This document shows, one piece after another, positions 1 through 10,170 of a stretch of 64,000 nucleotides of DNA. Source of the stretch: a virus. Location: positions 5,636-69,635 of the IMG/VR virus record IMGVR_UViG_3300033141_003629; one strand, 5' to 3'. Made by a program: the position numbers and the translations under genes. Position 1 is the stretch's first letter; the number at the start of each line of letters is the position of its first letter. The notes under the pieces are model-generated. The model saw only the letters and a program-made list of their open reading frames with translations. It made no database searches and was not told the origin of the DNA.

Positions 1-483
1 ATTTATTATTGGTCGAATAATACAGGAGGTATTATTGCAAATAATTGTCTTAGTATTAATCAGAATAATAAAAAATCACTTCATTTAAGGGGTTTGAATA
101 AAGCGATTATTGCAAATAATTATATTAAAAGTGGAAACTTTACCTCTTATAATATTTATATGGATTTATATTGCACTGATAATTTAATTGTAAATAATAT
201 GTTAGAAGCTAGCACATATAATCCAGATATTACAGGGGTTTATGGTCACGCCGATGCAGATGGCAATGTGCTTATTAATAATCAGTTCAGAGGAACATTT
301 GTTAACGAATATGATATCAATGGAACGTGTACAGTAATAAAACCGGAAGATATAGCGGATGCAATTTCCAAAAAACACGATGGTACTACTCAATTAAGCC
401 AAAACGGAATAAATGGAACATTTACAACAACCGATGGAAAGACAGTCACAGTTGTTGATGGACAAATTACAAATATCGTGTAA
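1..483 (+). CDS. C-terminal part of a right-handed beta-helix (tailspike/fibre-like) protein, 5'-truncated by the window
   Basis: Frame is open from base 1; repeated IIANN/LIVNN/LINN beta-helix rungs; C-terminal FTTTDGKTVTVVDGQIT tail typical of phage fibre/spike proteins. Confidence 0.6.
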   Translation: MYYWSNNTGGIIANNCLSINQNNKKSLHLRGLNKAIIANNYIKSGNFTSYNIYMDLYCTDNLIVNNMLEASTYNPDITGVYGHADADGNVLINNQFRGTFVNEYDINGTCTVIKPEDIADAISKKHDGTTQLSQNGINGTFTTTDGKTVTVVDGQITNIV

Positions 484-619
484 TTGAATTAGGAATTTAC
501 ATGAAGAAAGCAAGAATAGCAATGGACAACATTTTAAGAGATTTAATCGTTATTTTTTGTAAATCTTTAGAGCAATAGTCTAATTTAAAAAATAGATTTT
601 AGAATTTACAGAGGCAAAA

Positions 620-982
620 ATGGAGTCTTATTTTAGAGGCGATACGATTGAAATGTCTTTTCAATTATATCGTGATAAATCAGAAAACGAATATTGGGAT
701 TTAACAGGTGCACAAATTAGATTTGAATTAAGAAATGGAGCAAAAAAAATAAAGAAAGGAAGTGTATTAGTTACTGGTGGTTCTGATGAGCAAATTCAAA
801 TTATAAATGCTGCACAAGGTTCTTTTATCGTTTATATAACTAAAGACGAATCTATAGAATTAGCAGTTGGTACTTATCAATTTGAAATCGAGGTTACAAC
901 TTCAGAAGGGAAGAGATATACAGTATTACAGGATAAGCTATCTATTAAAGAGCATTATATTACTTGGCAGAATGTAGAATAA
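620..982 (+). CDS. BppU N-terminal-like Ig-fold virion protein
   Basis: RGDT...DLTGA.I.F...G...V.I......L..GTY.FEIEVT pattern; GAGG SD. Confidence 0.6.
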   Translation: MESYFRGDTIEMSFQLYRDKSENEYWDLTGAQIRFELRNGAKKIKKGSVLVTGGSDEQIQIINAAQGSFIVYITKDESIELAVGTYQFEIEVTTSEGKRYTVLQDKLSIKEHYITWQNVE

Positions 983-986
983 TATT

Positions 987-1217
987 ATGGACATTGAATA
1001 TACAAATCCAAAAACTAAAATTGTATTTCAACCCACAAGAATAAATATTAATGCATTTGCAATAGCTTCTGCTATAGACTTTTTGAGAAGAAATATTTTT
1101 ATTGAGTACGGTCGAGCTATAGAAATAGAGATAAAGAAGTTTTATAAAATTATCTCGACCTTTGGAATATATGACGAAGATTTAAGAGCTTTTTTGGTAG
1201 CATGGTATAAACATTAA
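987..1217 (+). CDS. hypothetical protein
   Basis: 76-aa ORF packed in the + operon. Confidence 0.5.
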   Translation: MDIEYTNPKTKIVFQPTRININAFAIASAIDFLRRNIFIEYGRAIEIEIKKFYKIISTFGIYDEDLRAFLVAWYKH

Positions 1218-1238
1218 AAGGATGGAGGAAATAAGAAA

Positions 1239-1793
1239 ATGGCTGATTACAGAGTCCCAGTTTTAGAAAATTTTGAATGGCAACAATCAGTTAAAAGTAG
1301 GTCAGCAACACCTCCAGGCAGTCCAGCAAAGGGTGATAGATACCTCGTTATTGCTACTGCAAGCGGAGATTGGTCTGGTCACGAAGGAGATATTGCATAT
1401 TGTTCTAATGCAGTTGGTCCAGTTTGGTCTTTTGATTCTCCCACAGAGGGTATGATTTTATGGGTAGATGATGAAGACAAGTATTATCATTATAATGGAA
1501 GTACATGGAGCGAATATCTTGGGCAGCAAGGACCCACAGGTCCAACAGGCCCACAGGGTACTACTGGTCCAACAGGCCCTACAGGTCCACAGGGTGCAAC
1601 CGGCAACACAGGTCCTCAGGGTCCAACAGGCGCACAAGGTGCTACTGGTCCAACTGGCCCTACAGGTCCACAGGGTGCAACCGGCAACACAGGTCCTCAG
1701 GGTCCAACCGGCCCTCAAGGACCAACTGGTCCAACTGGTCCAGTAAATCAAACGTATGATGCAGATTACGAAGCAATTATAATTTCACTATAA
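1239..1793 (+). CDS. DUF2793-like domain plus collagen-like fibre protein
   Basis: [15 protein letters not shown]...[11 protein letters not shown]...W.F..P.EG...WV.DE; 25 Gly-X-Y triplets; GGAGG SD. Confidence 0.85.
   Translation: MADYRVPVLENFEWQQSVKSRSATPPGSPAKGDRYLVIATASGDWSGHEGDIAYCSNAVGPVWSFDSPTEGMILWVDDEDKYYHYNGSTWSEYLGQQGPTGPTGPQGTTGPTGPTGPQGATGNTGPQGPTGAQGATGPTGPTGPQGATGNTGPQGPTGPQGPTGPTGPVNQTYDADYEAIIISL
1521..1745 (+). repeat. collagen Gly-X-Y tandem repeat with an 81-nt-period internal duplication
   Basis: 25 triplets ([12 protein letters not shown]), 16 with Thr at Y; ggtccacagggtgcaaccggcaacacaggtcctcagggtccaac occurs twice, 81 nt apart. Confidence 0.95.
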
Positions 1794-1810
1794 AAAGAAA
1801 GTAGGGAATT

Positions 1811-2830
1811 GTGAAAGCTATTTTATGGCCCTACAAATATAAGAATATGCGGAAGAGTTGGTATTTACAAATGACTTGGATTGTAAATGCCCTCTTTAAG
1901 TATGGTATTACAGTTAAAAAACATAAAGATTTTATTTGTCAAGGGTTAGATTTTTTGCCTTTATATAATTATAAAGAAGATAAATCTACAGATATTTGTA
2001 TTTATAATCATGCAGATATATCTCACTTGACGGGGGATATTTTATTGGCGAAAACAAATTGGTTTTTTAAACCAACAGTTCCAGACGAATACCACTCGAC
2101 TTTGGATATTTTGGGTTATGGTCCATATAGTAGTGTAACCTATAATAAACCAAATTTTGAAGTGGTAGATAACAACGATGTAGATATCTTTTTTAACACA
2201 AAAGTTAAAAAATGGATTGAAAATAAAAGCACTAAGTGGGGAGGCTTCTTTGAAAATAAAGAGCAAGTTATTACCGATAAAGGTTATTTTTTAGTTCTGG
2301 GTCAAGTAGGAGGAGATGAGGTAGTAACAAGACATGATTTTGGAAGTTATTTTCTAAAACTAGAAGCCATTATTAAAGAGTTACTTCGTATTTCTAATAA
2401 AAAAATTATAGTAAAATTACATCCGTATACAGATGGAATAAATGCCAGGAATACGAAATTTTCTGATGGATTAAAGAAAAGACTAAAATCGTTTAGTAAT
2501 AGAGTTGCTGTTTATACAGGCAAGACAAATATACATAATTTTATAAAAAATTGCGAATGTGTATTTTTGTCAAACTCAGATTCTGGTTTTGAAGCAATGA
2601 TGCACAAGAAACCCATAATTTCGTTTGGATTTCCTGCGTATCATTGGGTAGCATATGATTTGAGGCATTTATCTGATTTAATAAGGGCTATTAAATTGGA
2701 TTGGTTCGATTTAAACAAACAGAATAAATTTTTATATTGGTACTTAGAAAAATATTGTTTTTATAATCAACAAACAGCCATTAGAAGAGTAAAGGAATTG
2801 TTAGATGGTAGATTACCCAGTTCCTATTAA
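1811..2830 (+). CDS. KpsS/KpsC-like (capsule-synthesis family) glycosyltransferase
   Basis: LGQV.GD, IVKLHP, H.FI..C..V...NS..GFEAMMHKKPIISFG...Y motifs. Confidence 0.75.
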   Translation: MKAILWPYKYKNMRKSWYLQMTWIVNALFKYGITVKKHKDFICQGLDFLPLYNYKEDKSTDICIYNHADISHLTGDILLAKTNWFFKPTVPDEYHSTLDILGYGPYSSVTYNKPNFEVVDNNDVDIFFNTKVKKWIENKSTKWGGFFENKEQVITDKGYFLVLGQVGGDEVVTRHDFGSYFLKLEAIIKELLRISNKKIIVKLHPYTDGINARNTKFSDGLKKRLKSFSNRVAVYTGKTNIHNFIKNCECVFLSNSDSGFEAMMHKKPIISFGFPAYHWVAYDLRHLSDLIRAIKLDWFDLNKQNKFLYWYLEKYCFYNQQTAIRRVKELLDGRLPSSY

Positions 2831-4124
2831 TACTTTTTTTGAATATCAGTCTTCAGTTAAAAATAGATTAGCAACTCCACCAGGCAGTCCATCCAAAGGA
2901 GATAGATATTTAATTATATCTACAGCGACCGACGCTTGGGCAGGAAAGGAAGATTATATTACAGTTTATAATGGAAGTGGCTGGGCTTTTATAACTCCTA
3001 AAGAAGGAATGATGACGTGGGTACAGGATGAGGATATATATTATATCTACGATGGCAGTAGCTGGGATACTGAAATCCCAGATGAATTTACTATAATAAA
3101 AAGTAATGGCGTTTTAAAAATTGCTGATAGAATCGAAAATAATATTATGTTATTGGCTTTTTATCGTTCAGTTGATAGTGGAGCTACACAATATAACTTG
3201 ATGGATGGAATAATTGATGAATATGAAGATGAATCTGGAATTGATACTGGAAATTCTACAAATGAAGATTATGATTCTACGAATGACCTATATTCTCCTA
3301 CTTCAAGTGCTGGGAGTGATATTATAGACCAATCTAGTGGCTCACTTGGTGGGCCATTAGGAGGCGCAGCCGGTGGGCAAGAATATAGAGTTGCACAAAG
3401 TTTCCAATTAGATAGCAATTATACAATAGCAGGTGTTTCATATAAACTAGGAACTAATAGCGGCTCTCCAACTGGAAATCATACAGTTCGTATTGAGACA
3501 GATAATTCTGGAGTTCCTTCTGGTACATTGGCAGACGCAAATGCCTCTAAAGAAATTACGCCGGTTGCTAATAGTTATAATACTGCAACATTTGACAATA
3601 CATTTCAATTATCATCTAGTACTACTTATTGGTTGGTGATATTATGTGATAATCAAGCAGATAATGTTTATTGGCGGGTATTATATGATAGTGCTAATCC
3701 ATATGCAAATGGAATGAGAGCATATTCAACCGATGGTGGGTCTAGTTGGACGACTTCTGGTGTTACTTCACATGACCATGTATTTAAAATTATTTCGGCT
3801 CCAACTGCAGACTTAATGACTTTAATTTCTGAGTCGTTTACAGCAGAAGTGGCTCCAGACGATGCAAGAATTGTATTATTTGAAGAAGATGTAGATAATA
3901 TAACAGTCAATACCGATATTAAGGCGTATGTTTCTAGAGATGGGGGGACTACTTATACACAAGTTACACTATCTGACGACGGTGATTGGCAAACCGGAAA
4001 GAGAATTTTGTGTGGTGTCGCCGATATCTCAGGACAGCCGTCTGGCACAAATATAAGATATAAAGTAGAAACTTTAAATAACAAAGATTTGAAACTTCAC
4101 GGCGTTGGTCTAAATTGGAATTAA
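2805..4124 (+). CDS. DUF2793-like domain virion fibre/decoration protein with beta-rich C-terminal domains
   Basis: N-terminus paralogous to 1239..1793 (ATPPGSPSKGDRYL); AQSFQL..., TTYWLV and two S.DGG..W/Y Asp-box-like motifs. Confidence 0.75.
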   Translation: MVDYPVPINTFFEYQSSVKNRLATPPGSPSKGDRYLIISTATDAWAGKEDYITVYNGSGWAFITPKEGMMTWVQDEDIYYIYDGSSWDTEIPDEFTIIKSNGVLKIADRIENNIMLLAFYRSVDSGATQYNLMDGIIDEYEDESGIDTGNSTNEDYDSTNDLYSPTSSAGSDIIDQSSGSLGGPLGGAAGGQEYRVAQSFQLDSNYTIAGVSYKLGTNSGSPTGNHTVRIETDNSGVPSGTLADANASKEITPVANSYNTATFDNTFQLSSSTTYWLVILCDNQADNVYWRVLYDSANPYANGMRAYSTDGGSSWTTSGVTSHDHVFKIISAPTADLMTLISESFTAEVAPDDARIVLFEEDVDNITVNTDIKAYVSRDGGTTYTQVTLSDDGDWQTGKRILCGVADISGQPSGTNIRYKVETLNNKDLKLHGVGLNWN

Positions 4125-4125
4125 T

Positions 4126-4263
4126 ATGGTTAAGAGAATAGGATTAAATAGAAAGAAAAATTTATTAAAAAAATATAAAAAATTTCAGAATCATAAATTA
4201 TCGCAAGATGAAATAAACGAACTAGTGATTTTGATGGCAAAGTACTTACTAAATTTAAAATAA
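4126..4263 (+). CDS. small basic hypothetical protein (45 aa)
   Basis: MVKRIGLNRKK...YLLNLK fills the gap between two genes; below the ORF-track cut-off. Confidence 0.45.
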   Translation: MVKRIGLNRKKNLLKKYKKFQNHKLSQDEINELVILMAKYLLNLK

Positions 4264-4287
4264 ATAATAGAAAAAGGGGATAAATCA

Positions 4288-6327
4288 ATGTCAGAATCGG
4301 GATTGCCAATTAGCTTATTTTCTAGATTTATAGCATGGCTTTATTCTGCTGGAGAAATAGAACTTCCTTCGGATTTTCATGGCAGATGCCAGAAAGTGCA
4401 AGAGATAACAGACCTCGACTGTTCTGGCGTAGTTAATACCCTGAATAACTATGCTATAGAATCTGCAGCTTCCACAAAATATAGGATTGAATGCGATGAT
4501 AATACATTACAAAAACTATTGAATTCGTGGTTATCACAGATTAATCTTGATGTAAATAATATTCCCACTGGACTTTCTTCTTTATCTAAAGAATATTTTA
4601 AAGAAAGATGGGCAGGGTCTTCTTTTTGTGCATTAAAGGTTAGTAATTGGAAATCTATTATAGTAGAAAATACTTCAATTGAGGTTCCAACACTCCTTTG
4701 GTTTGTTAATGGAAGTTCGATTTATGTAAAAAGAAATAAAAAAGATAATTTTGTTTTAGGAAGTGATGAATATTATTTGGATAGAAATTATGAAATAAAG
4801 TTAATACCCAATGGAAAAAAAGAATCTTCTATTATTCAGAAACCATATAATAGGTGGTATGACCAATATGCTACACCATATCTTTTTAAGAATGGGGTAT
4901 ATAAAAATTGGAAGGCGATGCAGATTTTGCAGAATAAAGGCAACCAAGCAATAACAAAGGTGTTACCTTATTTATTTATGATGGTAAAAGGAAATGAGAC
5001 TTTATTTAAAGAAGGGGTGGATTATAGCGATACAGAATTGACAGAAATGGTAGATAATTTCAAATCGGAGTTAGAAAGATTTCAGGCAGAAGGAAGAAAA
5101 GTTCCCGCTCATGGAGTGCCATTTGACCAAAAGTATGAACATTTAATTCCAGACTTGTCTAAGATAGTTAGTGAAGAACTTTATAGACAAGGCTATAGAG
5201 CAATTTTGTCTGGGATGGGATTTATTGATGTTATTCAAGGATTAAGTTCTACAAGAAGAGAATCTATTTTAAATCCTAAACCATTTATATCAGAAATAAA
5301 TAGTGGTGTAGCAGACTTTAAATCAATTCTCTTAGAGGTTATTTATAAAATTGTTGATAAGAATAAATCAAAACATAGAAAATTATTTAGTGATAAAGGC
5401 AAAATTTTTGTTACTAATAGTCCTTTAAAAATAAATATAGAACAAATCCTCGACGCAGTTAGGTCTGGATATGATAGAGGCCCAATTAGTATCCAATCAT
5501 ATGCAGAAGCACTTGGGTTTGATTATGAGACAGAGAAGGAGCGACGCACTAAAGAAGCCAAAGAGGGGATGGAAGAATTATTCTATCCCCATGTGATTTC
5601 TAATCAAGAAGATAAAGGTAAAGATGTAGTTATTCCTTCAAAACCAAAAACTAAGAAACAAGAAAATTTAGAAGATGAAGGAAAAAACCCCCCTTCACCA
5701 GAAATAGAGAAATATAAAAATGCAGAATGGAATATAGAAGAATCAAAAATAGATGAAACTGACCAATATTATAGAGTTAGACAAATTGAGCCAAGTGAGT
5801 TTGAGGAAGATTCTTTTAGAACTATTTGGCTTGATAAAGCAAAAGGAATAAAAGCAGTTATTGGAAAGAAAAAAGGAGAAACTAAAACTACAGTACAAAC
5901 TCTATTGTTTTTAAAAGAAAAGTGGACAAAGAAAGAAATTAAGAAATGGATAAAAGAACACGCTAATCAATTTCATGCATACATAGAGATTGCAGAAGCA
6001 AATTTACAGGAAGACCTTATAGAAGCCCCATATACAAAAACAAATTATCCGAAATATTTAGACAAATATCCTGCTGGGGCTAGAGAAGCTTTTATTAAAA
6101 CTTTTAATAAAATCTATGAAAAAACAAAGGACGAATCAAAAGCATTTCCTATTGCATGGAATGCTCTTAAAAGGTGGCTAAAAAAACATAATTATACATT
6201 TAAAAAAGGTTTTTGGGAAAAGAAAACAAAAGAAGAGCTAGAGAATGCAGAATTAAAAAAGAAGCAAAAAAGACTTTTAGATAAATTACTAGAATCGGAT
6301 GGGGCAGATAAAAATGAAAATATATAA
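4288..6327 (+). CDS. probable portal protein with C-terminal accessory domains, including a ChaB-like domain
   Basis: About 440-aa helical N-terminal region upstream of the protease/capsid genes; charged linker; RVRQ.EP..F...SFRTI domain; YPAGAREAFIKTFN.IY....DESKAFPIAW.A.K (ChaB-like). Confidence 0.6.
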   Translation: MSESGLPISLFSRFIAWLYSAGEIELPSDFHGRCQKVQEITDLDCSGVVNTLNNYAIESAASTKYRIECDDNTLQKLLNSWLSQINLDVNNIPTGLSSLSKEYFKERWAGSSFCALKVSNWKSIIVENTSIEVPTLLWFVNGSSIYVKRNKKDNFVLGSDEYYLDRNYEIKLIPNGKKESSIIQKPYNRWYDQYATPYLFKNGVYKNWKAMQILQNKGNQAITKVLPYLFMMVKGNETLFKEGVDYSDTELTEMVDNFKSELERFQAEGRKVPAHGVPFDQKYEHLIPDLSKIVSEELYRQGYRAILSGMGFIDVIQGLSSTRRESILNPKPFISEINSGVADFKSILLEVIYKIVDKNKSKHRKLFSDKGKIFVTNSPLKINIEQILDAVRSGYDRGPISIQSYAEALGFDYETEKERRTKEAKEGMEELFYPHVISNQEDKGKDVVIPSKPKTKKQENLEDEGKNPPSPEIEKYKNAEWNIEESKIDETDQYYRVRQIEPSEFEEDSFRTIWLDKAKGIKAVIGKKKGETKTTVQTLLFLKEKWTKKEIKKWIKEHANQFHAYIEIAEANLQEDLIEAPYTKTNYPKYLDKYPAGAREAFIKTFNKIYEKTKDESKAFPIAWNALKRWLKKHNYTFKKGFWEKKTKEELENAELKKKQKRLLDKLLESDGADKNENI

Positions 6328-6607
6328 AGACAGAACACTAAAACAAGAAGTTAAGACCTTAGATTTAGGAGTTGTTGAAGCGGGAGATACAAAAGAATTT
6401 TCTTTTTATGTTTACAATGATTTGGATGCTGACCTGCAGTTTTTGCAGTTTTCTGTTAAGCACCCAGAAGTGCATATAACCAAAGCTCCTCAAAATTTAT
6501 CTAAAAAAACTTCAGAAGAATTAAAAATAAAATGGACCCCGTCTGTTACATTAAAAGAAGGATTAAAAGCAGAACTAAATATTCGTGGCGTAGAATTGTG
6601 GGGTTAA
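6314..6607 (+). CDS. small Ig-like structural protein
   Basis: LDLGVVEAGDTKEFSFYVYN...P..L......LKIKWTP beta-sandwich pattern; second Met taken as start. Confidence 0.55.
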   Translation: MKIYKDRTLKQEVKTLDLGVVEAGDTKEFSFYVYNDLDADLQFLQFSVKHPEVHITKAPQNLSKKTSEELKIKWTPSVTLKEGLKAELNIRGVELWG

Positions 6608-6608
6608 T

Positions 6609-8408
6609 ATGTTGCGTGATTTGGGTTGGTTAAAACAAGTAAAATTAAAAAATAGTTCTGGAAGTGTTATTAATCCAGCGACCGTTGAAAAACTTGAAGA
6701 GCTACAACTTGCCTTGCAGAATATATATTCTGCTGTAGATGATTTGGAGTTGACCACGGAGAATATAAAAGTAGAAGCAGGACAGATTAATTTAAATACC
6801 GATGATTTAGAAACAAAAATACAATCAGTAAGAGACCAATTAGATGTTCTTTTATCAACCAGAGCGTCAGAATCAACGTTGGCAGACGTAAAGACTGTCT
6901 TAGATAATATAAAAACAGTCTTGGATACAGTAGATTCTACATTGGACGTTGCACTATCTACTAGGGCAAGTGAAAATACTCTAGTTCAAATTAGAGATTA
7001 TATAGATACAGTAGAAACTATTTTAACAAATATTTATAATCAACTTGATGTTGCTCTTTCTACTCGATTATCAGATAGTAATTTTGATGCAAAAGTAGGA
7101 GAAGTCCAGGCATCTCCAACCTCCTACACACTCCTTGCGAGACTTAAAGATATTTGGGATAAATTAGCAGAACTTTTTAATAATGGTGCAGCTAAGATTA
7201 GGATTTGGGATGGAACTACACAAGCAAATGTAACTACTGATAATAAATTGAAAGTAGTTGCACATGGAAGAGCAGTCGTTTCTACATTAAATTCAACCAA
7301 TGCTCCCCTAGGAATCGGTGGGTCTTTTGTAGGAACGTTTGAAGAAGTATTGGATTATTCATTTATATCTGTTATTGTAAAATCAGATGTTGATTCTGCA
7401 GCAATAGGGCTTGTTGTAGAATGGTCTTCTGATGGCATTAATATGGATGATAGTGACGAATATTTTATTTATGGGGGCCAAGGAAAACAATATACATTTG
7501 GAACATCTGCAAAGTATTTTAGAGTTAAATATTTTAATAATGGAACGAGTGCTCAGTCTTATTTTAGATTACAAACAATTTTGAGGCCTTTTAATCAAAA
7601 GCCAAGCTCACATAGAATTGGTGACCAAATAACAGAAGAAAATGATGCACAATTAGTAAAAGCAGTATTATCTGGAAGTGATAATGGAGAGTTTAGAAAT
7701 GTAAAAGTAAATCAACAGGGGAGATTGGAAATAACGCAAACTCCACCTTTAGACAATGTTATTATACAACTCTTATATGATAAATCACATACAGCAATAA
7801 ATTCAGGAGAGTGGCAAGACGTATTAGATTTTACTGTTCCAACCGGATATGATTTGGGAGTTGTATCTTTTGAAGCACAGTCTCAATTTGCAAATGAAGC
7901 TGCTAGGGCAATCTATAAAAATATGTTAGGAACTTTCGATTGCCTAACAGATACATTTACAGATGGAAATACTATAATTGCTCCGCGTTTTGCGACTAGA
8001 TTGTATGCATATGTTACTAGTGTTATGGGGTCTAAAGATGATATATTCACAATAACATATACAAATACATTGGGAGTAACAGGCAGGACTGCAACAGTTA
8101 CTATTCCAAAAAGTTCTTTAGTAGGCACCAATGTTGAGGCAATATTACAGGTAGGAGATATAGGCATTAGCGATATTACAAATATAACGCATACCGAAAC
8201 AGGCCAGGCAGGAGCAGTGCAATTTTGTGGATGCATAGAATTATTTTATTTGGCCTTAAAAGATTCTAATACACAATATAATACCTTAAGTACAGTACAA
8301 GGTGTTGGAGTTTACGAAGGAGAACAACTCTTTTTGCAATATTTAGCTGGAACAAAAAGTGCTTATGTTAGAAGATTAAATTTAGTAGCACTATTAATGC
8401 CAAAATAA
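6609..8408 (+). CDS. virion structural protein with coiled-coil LDVxLSTR repeats
   Basis: Three LDV(L/A)LSTR(A/L)S repeats, then beta-rich domains; lies in the head module. Confidence 0.55.
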   Translation: MLRDLGWLKQVKLKNSSGSVINPATVEKLEELQLALQNIYSAVDDLELTTENIKVEAGQINLNTDDLETKIQSVRDQLDVLLSTRASESTLADVKTVLDNIKTVLDTVDSTLDVALSTRASENTLVQIRDYIDTVETILTNIYNQLDVALSTRLSDSNFDAKVGEVQASPTSYTLLARLKDIWDKLAELFNNGAAKIRIWDGTTQANVTTDNKLKVVAHGRAVVSTLNSTNAPLGIGGSFVGTFEEVLDYSFISVIVKSDVDSAAIGLVVEWSSDGINMDDSDEYFIYGGQGKQYTFGTSAKYFRVKYFNNGTSAQSYFRLQTILRPFNQKPSSHRIGDQITEENDAQLVKAVLSGSDNGEFRNVKVNQQGRLEITQTPPLDNVIIQLLYDKSHTAINSGEWQDVLDFTVPTGYDLGVVSFEAQSQFANEAARAIYKNMLGTFDCLTDTFTDGNTIIAPRFATRLYAYVTSVMGSKDDIFTITYTNTLGVTGRTATVTIPKSSLVGTNVEAILQVGDIGISDITNITHTETGQAGAVQFCGCIELFYLALKDSNTQYNTLSTVQGVGVYEGEQLFLQYLAGTKSAYVRRLNLVALLMPK

Positions 8409-8426
8409 TTATTAAGGAATAATCCG

Positions 8427-9161
8427 ATGCATAATATACAATTAGATTGGGCAACACTAAAAACAGGCTTTATATTGAAAAAATTTCCAGTTAATTATGT
8501 CTATAATAATGGGCGATATGAAATTTATATCCAGGATAGGAATATTCTATGGTCTTCTTTGCTAGTTTCCCAAGAAGATATTATAGATTTTGAAACAAAT
8601 TATAAAGCAGGGGCAAATATTTGTTTATATTCTGAAGATGGCAAAGAAATTTCTCGCACAGAATCTCGCCCATTAAGTACTACTACTTACTTCACTATGA
8701 GGGGAGATTCTCAGAACAATATTGGAGATGGGAAGGAATTGTTTTGGGATTTTTCTAATATAGACGATATTATACAAGCTCCACAAGGGTACAAAAGAAA
8801 AAGAATTGAATTTAAATTTTTAGACCCCATATATATAAAAGAGGGAGCCGTATATTTTCATAATTCTCTTAAAGGAAGTTATTTAAGTTTGCACGTAGTT
8901 TGTCCTGCCGGAGCCTATTATATAGATAATAATGGAGCCCCACATCAAGCTACAGAAGATGTTATAATTTCTACTTATGTAAACTACCATTTTTTTCAAG
9001 GTACTTGCGCTATGGGGGATGAATTAAATACAGAAAGCTGTAGTGTTGAGATTCCAAATTACTATAAATATTGGCTAGAAGTAACAGTGCCAGAAGTAGA
9101 CGCAGAAAGCAATGGATATGTCTCTATTGAGTTATATAGAAAAAGAACGAGAATATTATGA
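8427..9161 (+). CDS. hypothetical (probable structural) protein
   Basis: 244-aa ORF, AAGGA SD, beta-rich C-terminus. Confidence 0.5.
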   Translation: MHNIQLDWATLKTGFILKKFPVNYVYNNGRYEIYIQDRNILWSSLLVSQEDIIDFETNYKAGANICLYSEDGKEISRTESRPLSTTTYFTMRGDSQNNIGDGKELFWDFSNIDDIIQAPQGYKRKRIEFKFLDPIYIKEGAVYFHNSLKGSYLSLHVVCPAGAYYIDNNGAPHQATEDVIISTYVNYHFFQGTCAMGDELNTESCSVEIPNYYKYWLEVTVPEVDAESNGYVSIELYRKRTRIL

Positions 9162-9649
9162 TAGGCAAACTATTATTTGTAAAAAATAATTCTTTGATAG
9201 GTAGTTGGATTAGAAGAGTTACTAATTCCGAATATAATCATGTTGGTATTTTTGTTAGCAAAGACAATATCATAGAATCTAGGTTTGTAGGTGTTGAAGA
9301 AACTCCATTTAGTAGATTTAAATTATTAAAAGAACAGAAAAAATTAGATTACAAAATTTATAGAATAAAACCAGAATTTCAGAAATATGTTGATAAAATT
9401 ATATTTTTTGTTAGAATGCAGCTAGGAAAAAAATATGATTTTATTCAGATGTTGGCACTATATATTTTTCTGTTGTTTCGCATTAAACGTACCATAGAGC
9501 CAATTGAATATGGGGAAAGGTGGCTTTGTTCTGAATTAATAGCAGAAGCTTTTGAATATAGCGGACTCAAAATTTATAAAGAAATCGATTCGGACCAAAT
9601 AACCCCAGGAGATTTGCTGCGTTCTGATTTTATAGAGGAAGATATATGA
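9158..9649 (+). CDS. permuted papain-like NlpC/P60 amidase (YiiX/YebB-like)
   Basis: T.S.YNHVGI...LGKKYD...WLCSELIAEAF...TPGDL; His precedes Cys. Confidence 0.85.
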   Translation: MIGKLLFVKNNSLIGSWIRRVTNSEYNHVGIFVSKDNIIESRFVGVEETPFSRFKLLKEQKKLDYKIYRIKPEFQKYVDKIIFFVRMQLGKKYDFIQMLALYIFLLFRIKRTIEPIEYGERWLCSELIAEAFEYSGLKIYKEIDSDQITPGDLLRSDFIEEDI

Positions 9650-10170
9650 TTTATATAGAAAAAGATATCCGATGTAAAGATGATTTTATTGTTCTAGATG
9701 AAGCCGACAACCCAGTTACTGGATTAGATAGTTCGGATTTTACAGTTATATTATATAATCCAGATAAAAATGAAATAACTTCTGGAATTTCTATAGAAGA
9801 AATAGGAGATGGGCTATATAGGATTTCTTTTACTCCAGACGCACTAGGAAACTGGACATTGTTTGTATATAATAACATGTATTTTCCTTTTGGAAAGGGA
9901 CAAACATATCAATGCGTGATTAGTTTGAGTGGGAATTCTAATAACGAATTAGTTAAAAGAATTTTGGGCCTTTCTCAAGAGAATTACAGAATATTCAATC
10001 CAATTTATGTAGAGAAGAATTTACAGCAGTGTTTAACCTCAGCAGCGATAAAAATTTATTCATCTGCAGCAGATTGTGAAGCTGATACTAATGCGATAGC
10101 AGAATATAATATCAGTGCTATATTTGATAGTAAAGCAAGAATGATTAGCTACAAGGTTAAGAAAGTATAA
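9646..10170 (+). CDS. Ig-like structural protein
   Basis: NPVTGL...EEIGDGLYRISFTP...GNW pattern. Confidence 0.5.
   Translation: MIYIEKDIRCKDDFIVLDEADNPVTGLDSSDFTVILYNPDKNEITSGISIEEIGDGLYRISFTPDALGNWTLFVYNNMYFPFGKGQTYQCVISLSGNSNNELVKRILGLSQENYRIFNPIYVEKNLQQCLTSAAIKIYSSAADCEADTNAIAEYNISAIFDSKARMISYKVKKV

Noticed and set aside
1521-1745. Repeat array considered as CRISPR or a DGR template
   Set aside because: In-frame coding repeat with no unique spacers; no cas or reverse transcriptase gene seen
1273-1759. Several alternative-frame and antisense ORFs over the collagen gene
   Set aside because: Shadows of the stop-poor Gly-X-Y repeat
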